Positions 1-11,156 of a stretch of 64,000 nt of DNA are shown piece by piece. How positions within the stretch are numbered: position 1 is the stretch's first letter; each line of letters begins with the position of its first letter. The DNA is taken from NCBI GenBank assembly GCA_964016885.1, contig OZ024740.1, forward strand, positions 295,244,001-295,308,000. The letters run 5' to 3'. Below the pieces are notes generated by a model that was given only the letters and a program-made list of their open reading frames with translations, did no database searches and had not been told where the DNA came from. Source of the stretch: Eledone cirrhosa (taxonomy: Eukaryota). The position numbers were made by a program, and so were the translations under genes.

Positions 1-1126
1 AAATATTGACGAAATTTTCTGTGAAAAATGCCGAAATTTTCGAGAAAAAACGTCGAAATTTTCGGCAAAAATTGTTGAAATTTTCGGCTGAAACTGACGA
101 AATTTTCGGGAAAAAATGATGAAATTTTCGGCAAAAATTGACTAAATTTTCCGGAAAAAATGACGAAATTTCCGGTAAAAATTTACGAAATTTTCATGAA
201 AAAATGATGAAATTTTCTGTAAAAATTGACGAAAGTTTCGGGAAAAAATACTGAAATTTTCTGGAAAAAATGACGAAATTTTTAGCAAAAATGACGAAAT
301 TTTCTGGAAAAATTGACGAAATATCCTGGATAAATTGACGAAATATTCGGTAAAAAATGTCGAAATTTTTTTGAAACAATGACGAAATTATCGGCAAAAA
401 ATGATGAAATTTTCGTGAAAAATTGACGACATTTTCGGGAAAGAATGACGAAAGATTCGGCAAAAAGTGACGAAATTTTCTGGAAAAAACGTCGAAATTT
501 TCGGCAAAAATTGTTGAAATTTTCGGCTGAAATTGACGAAATTTTCGGGAAAAAATGATGAAATTTTCGGCAAAAATTGACTAAATTTTCCGGAAAAAAT
601 CACGAAATTTTCGGCAAAAATGACGAAATTTTCGTGAAAAAATGCCTAAATTTCCCGCAAAAATTGACTAAATTTTCTGTAAAAACTGACGAAATTTTCG
701 GTCAATAATGAGGAATTTTTAGGCAAAAATTGACGAAATTTTCGGGTAAAAATGCCGAAATTTTAGGGGAAAAAATGATGAAATTTTCGGCAAAAATTGA
801 CGACATTTTTGGGAAAAAATGACGAAAGTTTCGGGAAAAAATGCCTAAATTTTCGGGAAAAAAGGACGAAATTTTCGGTAAAAAGTGACGAAATTTTCGG
901 GCAAAAATTGACGAAATTTTCGGCAGAATTTGACGAAATTTTCTTCAAATAAATCCGAAATTTTCGGCAAAAATTGACGATATTTTCGGGAAAAAACGCC
1001 GAAATTTTCGAGGAAAAATGAAAAAAATTTCGGCCAAAATGACGAAATTTTCGGGAAAAAACGACGAAATTTTCGTGAAAAAATGCCCAAATGTTCGGCA
1101 AAAAATGACGAAATTTTCGGCAAAAA

Positions 1127-1208
1127 TTAGGAGGTAGAATCTTAGGGGGTAGAACCTTAGGAGGTAAAACCTTAGGAGGTAGAACCAAGCGGTAGAACCT
1201 TAGGGGGA
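1127..1208 (+). repeat. TTAGG 15-mer cassette copy 1 (AAGCGG variant)
   Basis: ttaggaggtagaatc ttagggggtagaacc ttaggaggtaaaacc ttaggaggtagaacc aagcggtagaacc ttaggggga. Confidence 0.95.
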
Positions 1209-3252
1209 ATCCATTTTTTATTTCGGTGATCCATTTTCTATTTGGGGGATCCATTTTTTATTTCGGTGATCCATTTTTTATTTGGGTGATCCATTTTTTA
1301 TTTGATGGATCTCCCAAATAAAAAATGGATCGCCCAAATAAAAAATGGATCCAAAAAATTAAAAATGGATCACCCAAATAAAAAATGGATCACCCAAATA
1401 AAAAATGGATACCCCAAATAAAAAATGGATCACCCAAATAAAAAAGGGACCCCAAATAAAAAATGGATCACCCAAATAAAAAATGGATCACCCAAATAAA
1501 AAATGGATAACCAAATAAAAAATGGATCACGCAAATAAAAAATGGATCCCCCAAATAAAAAATGGATCACCCAAATAAAAAATGGATCCCCCAAATAAAA
1601 AATGGATCACCCAAATTAAAAATGGATCACCCAAATAAAAAATGGATCGCCCAAATAAAAAATGGATCACCCAAATAAAAAATGGATCCACCAAATAAAA
1701 AATAGATCCCCCAAATAAAAAATGGATCCCCCAAATAAAAAATGGATCACCCTAATAAAAAATGGATCACCCAAATAAAAAATGGATCCCCCAAATAAAA
1801 AATGGATCCCCCAAATAAAAAATGGATCACCCTAATAAAAAATGGATCCCCCCAAATAAAAAATGGATCACCCAAATAAAAAATGGATCCCTTTTTTATT
1901 TAGCGGATCTATTTTTTATTTCGGGGATCCATTTTTTATTTGGGTGATCCATATTTTTTATTTGGGTGATCCATTCTTTATTTGGGGGATCCATTTTTTA
2001 TTTGGGTGATCCATTTTTAATTTGGGTGATCCATTTTTTATTTGGGGGATCAATTTTTTATTGGGTGATCCATTTTTTATTTGGGGATCCATTTTTTATT
2101 TCGGTGATCCATTTTTTATTTGGGTGATCCATTTTTTATTTGGGGGATCCATTTTTTATTTGGGTGATCCATTTTTTATTTGGTGGATCCATTTTTTATT
2201 TGGGGGATCCATTTTTTATTTGGGTGATCCATTTTTTATTTGGGGTATCCATTTTTAATTTGGGTGATCCATTTTTTATTTGGGTGATCCATTTTTTATT
2301 TGAGGGATACATTTTTTATTTGGGGGATCCATTTTTTATTTGATGGATCTCCCAAATAAAAAATGGATCACCCAAATAAAAAATGGATCACCCAAATTAA
2401 TGCTGAAATATTCTGGAAAAAATGACGAAATTTTCTGGAAAAAATGACGAAATTTTCAGCAAAATGACGAAATTTTCTGGAAAAATTGACGAAATACTCT
2501 TGATAAATTGACGAAATATTCGTGAAAAAATGTCGAAATTTTTTGGAAACAATGACGAAATTGTCGTCAAAAAATGACGAAATTTTCGGGAAATATTGAC
2601 GAAATTTTCTGTGAAAAATGCTGAAATTTTCGGGAAAAAACGTCGAAATTTTCGGCAAAAATTGTTGAAATTTTCGGCAAAAATCGTTGAAGTTTTCGGC
2701 TGAAACTGACGAAATTTTCGGGAAAAGATGACGAAATTTCCGGCAAAAATTTACGACATTTTCATTAAAAAATGATGAAATTTTTGGCAAAAATTGACTA
2801 AATTTTCCGGAAAAAATGACGAAATATTCGGCAAAAAATGACGAAATTTTCGTGAAAAAATGCCGAAATTTTCCGCAAAAATTGACGAAATTTTCGGTAA
2901 AAAATGAGGAATTTTTAGGCAAATATTGACGAAATTTAGGGAAAAAATGCCGAAATTTTAGGGGAAAAATGCCTAAATTTTCGGGAAAAAAGGACGAAAT
3001 TTTCGGTAAAAAGTGACGAAATTTTCGGCAAAAATTGACGAAATTTTCGGCAGAATTTAACGAAATTTTCTTCTAAAATATCCGAAATTTTCGGCAAAAA
3101 TTGATGATATTTTCGGGAAAAAACCCCGAAATTTTCGAGGAAAAATGAAAAAAATTTCGGCCAAAATGACGAAATTTTCGGGAAAAAACGACGAAATTTT
3201 CGTGAAAGAATGCCCAAATGTTTGGAAAAAATGACGAAATTTTCGGCAAAAA

Positions 3253-3333
3253 TTAGGAGGTAGAATCTTAGGGGTAGAACCTTAGGAGGTAAAACCTTAG
3301 GAGGTAGAACCAAGGGGTAGAACCTTAGGGGGA
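3253..3333 (+). repeat. TTAGG cassette copy 2 (one G fewer in the second unit)
   Basis: Same cassette, with ttagggg instead of ttaggggg in unit 2. Confidence 0.95.
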
Positions 3334-5918
3334 ATCCATTTTTTATTTCGGTGATCCATTTTCTATTTGGAGGATCCATTTTTTATTTCGGTGATCCATT
3401 TTTTATTTGGGTTATCCATTTTTTATTTGATGGATCTCCCAAATAAAAAACGGATCACCCAAATAAAAAATGGATCCCCCAAATAAAAGATGGATCACCC
3501 AAATAAAAAATGGATCACCCAAATAAAAACTTGATCCTCCAAATAAAAAATGGATCACCCAAATAAAAAATGGATCACCCAAATAAAAAATGGATCCCCC
3601 AAATAAAAAATGGATCCCCCAAATAAAAAATGGACCACCCAAATAAAAACTGGATCCCCCAAATAAAAAATGGATCCCCCAAATAAAAAATTGATCACCC
3701 AAATAAAAAATGGATCGCCCAAATAAAAAATGGATCCAAAAAATTAAAAATGGATCACCCAAATAAAAAATGGATCACCCAAATAAAAAATGGATACCCC
3801 AAATAAAAAATGGATCACCCAAATAAAAAATGGACCCCCAAATAAAAAATGGATCACCCAAATAAAAAATGGATACCCAAATAAAAAATGGATCACGCAA
3901 ATAAAAAATGGATCCCCCAAATAAAAAATGGATCATCAAAATAAAAAATGGATCCCCCAAATAAAAAATGGATCACCCAAATAAAAAATGGATCCCCCAA
4001 ATAAAAAATGGATCCCCCAAATAAAAAATGGATCCCCCAAATAAAAAATGGATCACCCAAATTAAAAATGGATCACCCAAATAAAAAATGGAACGTCCAA
4101 ATAAAAAATGGATCGCCCAAATAAAAAATGGATCACCCAAATAAAAAATGGATCACCAAATAAAAAATGGATCCCCCAAATAAAAAATAGATCCCCCAAA
4201 TAAAAAATGGATCCCCCAAATAAAAAATGGATCACCCTAATAACAAATGGATCACCCAAATAAAAAATGGATCCCCCAAATAAAAAATTGATCCCCCAAA
4301 TAAAAAATGGATCACCCTAATAAAAAATGGATCCCCCCAAATAAAAAATGGATCACCCAAATAAAAAATGGATCCCTTTTTTATTTGGGGGATCCATTTT
4401 TTATTTGGGGGAACCATTTTTTATTTGGGTGATCCATTTTTTACTTGGGTGATCCATTTTTTATTTGGGGTATCCATTTTTAATTTGGGTGATCCATTTT
4501 TTATTTGGGTGATCCATTTTTTTATTTGAGGGATCCATTTTTTATTTGGGTGATCCATTTTTTATTTGAGGGATACATTTTGTATTTGGGGGATCCATTT
4601 TTTATTTGATGGATCTCCCAAATAAAAAATGGATCACCCAAATAAAAAATGGATCACCCAAATTAATGCTGAAATTTTCTGGAAAAATTGACGAAATATT
4701 CTGGATAAATTGACGAAATATTCGTGAAAAAATGTCGAAATTTTTTGGAAACAATGACGAAATTGTCGTCAAAAAATGATGAAATTTTCGGGAAATATTG
4801 ACGAAATTTTCTGTGAAAAATGCCGAAATTTTCGAGAAAAAACGTCAAAATTTTCGGCAAAAATTGTTGAAATTTTCGGCTGAAACTGACGAAATTTTCG
4901 GGAAAAAATGATGAAATTTTCGGCAAAAATTGACTAAATTTTCCGGAAAAAATGACGAAATTTCCGGTAAAAATTTACGAAATTTTCATGAAAAAATGAT
5001 GAAATTTTCTGTAAAAATTGACGAAAGTTTCGGGAAAAAATACTGAAATTTTCTGGAAAAAATGACGAAATTTTTAGCAAAAATGACGAAATTTTCTGGA
5101 AAAATTGACGAAATATCCTGGATAAATTGACGAAATATTCGGTAAAAAATGTCGAAATTTTTTTGAAACAATGACGAAATTATCGGCAAAAAATGATGAA
5201 ATTTTCGTGAAAAATTGACGACATTTTCGGGAAAGAATGACGAAAGATTCGGCAAAAAGTGACGAAATTTTCTGGAAAAAACGTCGAAATTTTCGGCAAA
5301 AATTGTTGAAATTTTCGGCTGAAATTGACGAAATTTTCGGGAAAAAATGATGAAATTTTCGGCAAAAATTGACTAAATTTTCCGGAAAAAATCACGAACT
5401 TTTCGGCAAAAATGACGAAATTTTCGTGAAAAAATGCCTAAATTTCCCGCAAAAATTGACTAAATTTTCTGTAAAAACTGACGAAATTTTCGGTCAATAA
5501 TGAGGAATTTTTAGGCAAAAATTGACGAAATTTTCGGGAAAAAATGCCGAAATTTTAGGGGAAAAAATGATGAAATTTTCGGCAAAAATTGACGACATTT
5601 TCGGGAAAAAATGACGAAAGTTTCGGGAAAAAATGCCTAAATTTTCGGGAAAAAAGGACGAAATTTTCGGTAAAAAGTGACGAAATTTTCGGGCAAAAAT
5701 TGACGAAATTTTCGGCAGAATTTGACGAAATTTTCTTCAAAAAAATCCGAAATTTTCGGCAAAAATTGACGATATTTTCGGGAAAAAACGCCGAAATTTT
5801 CGAGGAAAAATGAAAAGATTTTCGGCCAAAATGACGAAATTTTCGGGGAAAAACGACGAAATTTTCGTGAAAAAATGCCCAGATGTTCGGCAAAAAATGA
5901 CGAAATTTTCGGCAAAAA

Positions 5919-6000
5919 TTAGGAGGTAGAATTTTAGGGGGTAGAACCTTAGGAGGTAAAACCTTAGGAGGTAGAACCAAGGGGTAGAACCTTAGGGGGA
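5919..6000 (+). repeat. TTAGG cassette copy 3
   Basis: Direct sequence match; agaatttta variant. Confidence 0.95.
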
Positions 6001-8380
6001 ATCCATTTTTTATTTCGGTGATCCATTTTCTATTTGGGGGATCCATTTTTTATTTCGGTGATCCATTTTTTATTTGGGTGATCCATTTTTTATTTGATGG
6101 ATCTCCCAAATAAAAAATGGATCACCCAAATAAAAAATGGATCACCCATATAAAAAATGGATCACCCAAATAAAAAATGGATCACCCAAATAAAAAATGG
6201 ATCCCTTTTTTATTTAGCGGATCCATTTTTTATTTCGGGGATCCATTTTTTATTTGGGTGATCCATTTTTTATTTGGGTGATCCATTCTTTATTTGGGGG
6301 ATCCATTTTTTATTTGGGTGATCCATTTTTAATTTGGGTGATCCATTTTTTATTTGGGGGATCCATTTTTTATTTGGGTGATCCATTTTTTATTTGGGGG
6401 ATCCATTTTTTATTTCGGTGATCCATTTTTTATTTGGGTGATCCATTTTTTATTTGGGGGATCCATTTTTTATTTGGGTGATCCATTTTCTATTTGGTGG
6501 ATCCAATTTTTATTTGGGGGATCCATTTTTTATTTGGGTGATCCATTTTTTATTTGGGGTATCCATTTTTAATTTGGGTGATCCATTTTTTATTTGGGTG
6601 ATCCATTTTTTATTTGAGGGATACATTTTTTATTTGGGGGATCCATTTTTTATTTGATGGATCTCCCAAATAAAAAATGGATCACCCAAATAAAAAATGG
6701 ATCACCCAAATAAAAAATGGATCACCCAAATTAATGCTGAAATATTCTGGAAAAAATGACGAAATTTTCTGGAAAAAATGACGAAATTTTCAGCAAAAAT
6801 GACGAAATTTTCTGGAAAAATTGACGAAATATTCTGGATAAATTGACGAAATATTCGTGAAAAAATGTCGAAATTTTTTGGAAACAATGACGAAATTGTC
6901 GTAAAAAAATGACGAAATTTTCGGGAGATATTGACGAAATTTTCTGTGAAAAATGCCGAAATTTTCGGGAAAAAACGTCGAAATTTTCGGCAAAAATTGT
7001 TGAAATTTTCGGCAAAAATTGTTGAAATTTTCGGCTGAAACTGACGAAATTTTCGGGAAAAAATGACAAAATTTCCGGCAAAAATTTACGAAATTTTCAT
7101 GAAAAAATGATGAAATTTTCTGTAAAAATTGACGAAAGTTTCGGGAAAAAATACTGAAATTTTCTGGAAAAAATGACGAAATTTTTAGCAAAAATGACGA
7201 AATTTTCTGGAAAAATTGACGAAATATCCTGGATAAATTGACGAAATATTCGGTAAAAAATGTCGAAATTTTTTTGAAACAATGACGAAATTATCGGCAA
7301 AAAATGATGAAATTTTCGGGAAAAATTGACGAAATTTTCTTTGAAAAATGCCGAAATTTTCGGGAAAAAACGTCGAAATTTTCGGCTGAAACTGACGAAA
7401 TTTTCGGGAAAAAATGATGAAATTTTTGGCAAAAATTGACTAAATTTTCCGGAAACAATGACGAAATATTCGGCAAAAAATGACGAAATTTTCGTGAAAA
7501 AATGCCGAAATTTTCCGCAAAAATTGACTAAATTTTCGGGAAAAATTGACGAAATTTTCGGTAAAAAATCAGGAATTTTTAGTCAAAAATTGACGAAATT
7601 TTCGGGAAAAATTGACGAAATTTTCGGGAAAAAATGCCGAAAGTTTAGGGAAAAAATGATGAAATTTTCGGCAAAAATTGACGACATTTTCGGGAAAGAA
7701 TGACGAAAGTTTCGGCAAAAAGTGACGAAATTTTCTGGAAAAAACGTCGAAATTTTCGGCAAAAATTGTTGAAATTTTCGGCTGAAATTGACGAAATTTT
7801 CGGGAAAAAATGATGAAATTTTCGGCAAAAATTGACTAAATTTTCCGGAAAAAATCACGAAATTTTCGGCAAAAATGACGAAATTTTCGTGAAAAAATGC
7901 CTAAATTTTCCGCAAAAATTGACTAAATTTTCTGTAAAAATTGACGAAATTTTCGGTCAATAATGAGGAATTTTTAGGCAAAAATTGACGAAATTTTCGG
8001 GAAAAAATGCCGAAATTTTAGGGGAAAAAATAATGAAATTTTCGGCAAAAATTGACGACATTTTCGGGAAAAAATGACGAAAGTTTCGGGAAAAAATGCC
8101 TAAATTTTCGGGAAAAAAGGACGAAATTTTCGGTAAAAAGTGACGAGATTTTCGGCAAAAATTGACGAAATTTTCGGCAGAATTTGACGAAATTTTCTTC
8201 AAAAAAATCCGAAATTTTCGGCAAAAATTGACGATATTTTCGGGAAAAAACGCCGAAATTTTCGAGGAAAAATGAAAAGATTTTCGGCCAAAATGACGAA
8301 ATTTTCGGGAAAAAACGACGAAATTTTCGTGAAAAAATGCCCAAATGTTCGGCAAAAAATGACGAAATTTTCGGCAAAAA

Positions 8381-8462
8381 TTAGGAGGTAGAATCTTAGG
8401 GGGTAGAACCTTAGGAGGTAAAACCTTAGGAGGTAGAACCAAGGGGTAGAACCTTAGGGGGA
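8381..8462 (+). repeat. TTAGG cassette copy 4
   Basis: Direct sequence match to consensus. Confidence 0.95.
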
Positions 8463-11074
8463 ATCCATTTTTTATTTCGGTGATCCATTTTCTATTTGGG
8501 GGATCCATTTTTTATTTCGGTGATCCATTTTTTATTTGGGTGATCCATTTTTTATTTGATGGATCTCCCAAATAAAAAATGGATCACCCAAATAAAAAAT
8601 GGATCCCCCAAATAAAAAATGGATACCCCAAATAAAAAATGGATCACCCAAATAAAAAATGGACCCCCAAATAAAAAATGGATCACCCAAATAAAAAATG
8701 GATCACCCAAATAAAAAATGGATACCCAAATAAAAAATGGATCACGCAAATAAAAAATGGATCCCCCAAATAGAAAATGGATCACCCAAATAAAAAATGG
8801 ATCCCCCAAATAAAAAATGGTTCACCCAAATAAAAAATGGATCCCCCAAATAAAAAATGGATCCCCCAAATAAAAAATGGATCCCCCAAATAAAAAATGG
8901 ATCACCCAAATTAAAAATGGATCACCCAAATAAAAAATGGATCGCCCAAATAAAAAATGGATCACCCAAATAAAAAATGGATCACCCAAATAAAAAATGG
9001 ATCCCCCAAATAAAAAATAGATCCCCCAAATAAAAAATGGATCCCCCAAATAAAAAATGGATCACCCTAATAAAAAATGGATCACCCAAATATAAAATGG
9101 ATCCCCCAAATAAAAAATGGATCACCCTAATAAAAAATGGATCCCCCCAAATAAAAAATGGATCACCCAAATAAAAAATGGATCCCTTTTTTATTTAGCG
9201 GATCCATTTTTTATTTCGGGGATCCATTTTTTATTTGGCTGATCCATTTTTTATTTGGGTGATCCATTCTTTATTTGGGGGCTCCATTTTTTATTTGGGT
9301 GATCCATTTTTAATTTGGGTGATCCATTTTTTATTTGGGGGATCCATTTTTTATTTGGGTGATCCATTTTTTATTTGGGGGATCCATTTTTTATTTCGGT
9401 GATCCATTTTTTATTTGGGTGATCCATTTTTTATTTGGGGGATCCATTTTTTATTTGGGTGATCCATTTTTTATTTGGTGGATCCAATTTTTATTTGGGG
9501 GATCCATTTTTTATTTGGGTGATCCATTTTTTATTTGGGGTATCCATTTTTAATTTGGGTGATCCATTTTTTATTTGGGTGATCCATTTTTTATTTGAGG
9601 GATACATTTTTTATTTGGGGGATCCATTTTTTATTTGGTGGATCTCCCAAATAAAAAATGGATCACCCAAATAAAAAATGGATCACCCAAATTGATGCTG
9701 AAATATTCTGGAAAAATTGACGAAATTTTCTGGAAAAAATGCCGAAAGTTTAGGGAAAAAAATGATGAAATTTTCGGCAAAAATTGACATTTTCGGGAAA
9801 GAATGACGAAAGTTTCGGCAAAAAGTGACGAAATTTTCTGGAAAAAACGTCGAAATTTTCGACAAAAATTGTTGAAATTTTCGGCAGAAATTGTTGAAAT
9901 TTTCGGCTGAAACTGACGAAATTTTCGGGAAAAAATGACGAAATTTCCGGCAAAAATTTACGAAATTTTCATGTAAAAATGATGAAATTTTCTGTAAAAC
10001 TTGACGAAAGTTTCGGGAAAAAATACTGAAATTTTCTGGAAAAAATGACGAAATTTTTAGCAAAAATGACGAAATTTTCTGGCAAAATTGACGAAATATC
10101 CTGGATAAATTGACGAAATATTCGGCAAAAAATGTCGAAATTTTTTTGAAAAAATGACGAAATTATCGGCAAAAAATGATGAAATTTTCGGGAAAAATTG
10201 ACGAAATTTTCTTTGATAAATGCCGAAATTTTCGGGAAAAAACGTCGAAATTTTCGGCTGAAACTGACGAAATTTTCGGGAAAAAATGATGAAATTTTTG
10301 GCAAAAATTGACTAAATTTTCCGGAAAAAATGACGAAATATTCGGCAAAAAATGACGAAATTTTCGTGAAAAAATGCCGAAATTTTCCGCAAAAATTGAC
10401 TAAATTTTCGGGGAAAATTGACGAAATTTTCGGTAAAAAATCAGGAATTTTTAGGCAAAAATTGACGAAATTTTCGGGAAAAATTGACGAAATTTTCGGG
10501 GGAAAATGCCGAAACTTTAGGGAAAAAAATGATAAAATTTTCGGCAAAAATTGACTACATTTTCGGGAAAAAATGACGAAAGTTTCGGCAAAAAGTGACG
10601 AAATTTTCTTGGAAAAATGCCGAAATTTATCTGGAAAAAACGTCGAAATTTTCGGCAAAAATTGTTGAAATTTTCGGCTGAAATTGACGAAATTTTCGGG
10701 AAAAAATGATGAAATTTTCGGCAAAAATTGACTAAATTTTCCGGAAAAAATCACGAAATTTTCGGCAAAAAATGACGAAATTTTCGTGAAAAAATGCCTA
10801 AATTTTCCGCAAAAATTGACTAAATTTTCTGTAAAAATTGACGAAATTTTCGGTAAAAAATGAGGAATTTTTAGGCAAAATTTTTAGGCAAAATTTTTAG
10901 GCGAAATTTTCGGGAAAAAATGCCGAAATTTTAGGGGAAAAAATGATGAAATTTTCGGCAAGAATTGACGACATTTTCGGAAAAAAATGACGAAAGTTTC
11001 GGGAAAAAATGCCTAAATTTTCGGGAAAAAAGGACGAAATTTTCGGTAAAAAGTGACGAAATTTTCGGCAAAAA

Positions 11075-11156
11075 TTAGGAGGTAGAATCTTAGGGGGTAG
11101 AACCTTAGGAGGTAAAACCTTAGGAGGTAGAACCAAGGGGTAGAACCTTAGGGGGA
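11075..11156 (+). repeat. TTAGG cassette copy 5
   Basis: Direct sequence match; upstream A block lacks its last ~218 bp. Confidence 0.95.

Larger units (their letters stand above)
1..6112 (+). repeat. Higher-order direct repeat, offset 4792 bp (1-~1320 vs ~4793-6112)
   Basis: Identical or near-identical translated ORFs at a constant offset: 194/4986, 388/5180, 1254/6046. Confidence 0.85.

Noticed and set aside
718-770. Isolated TTAGGC, TTAGGG and TTTAGGG words within A blocks as canonical telomere repeats
   Set aside because: They are single-base variants of ttttcggc/ttttcggg and are never tandem. No canonical telomeric array exists in the window.
763-1254. Recurring MDPPNRKWITEIKNGFPLRFY-(VLPPK)n ORF resembling a proline-rich protein family
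   Set aside because: The pentapeptide is simply the 15-bp cassette read on the minus strand. The ATG lies inside a C monomer, downstream frame and length differ among copies (60-338 aa), and copy 2 is frameshifted within the cassette.
1209-2397. CRISPR-like regular short repeats
   Set aside because: Monomers are head-to-tail with no unique spacers, and there are no cas genes or leader.
4664-5918. CpG decay as a sign of methylation in the A array
   Set aside because: CG-to-TG/CA variants exist (gatgaa, ttcatg), but transversions at the same sites (gactaa, ttctgg, ttccg) look similarly common by eye and most CpGs are intact. This cannot be supported without counting.
6001-6731. Dense GATC/GGATCC sites suggesting Dam-regulated origin or iteron arrays
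   Set aside because: GATC density follows from the monomer sequence. There is no rep gene, DnaA-box cluster or any prokaryotic gene context in 64 kb.
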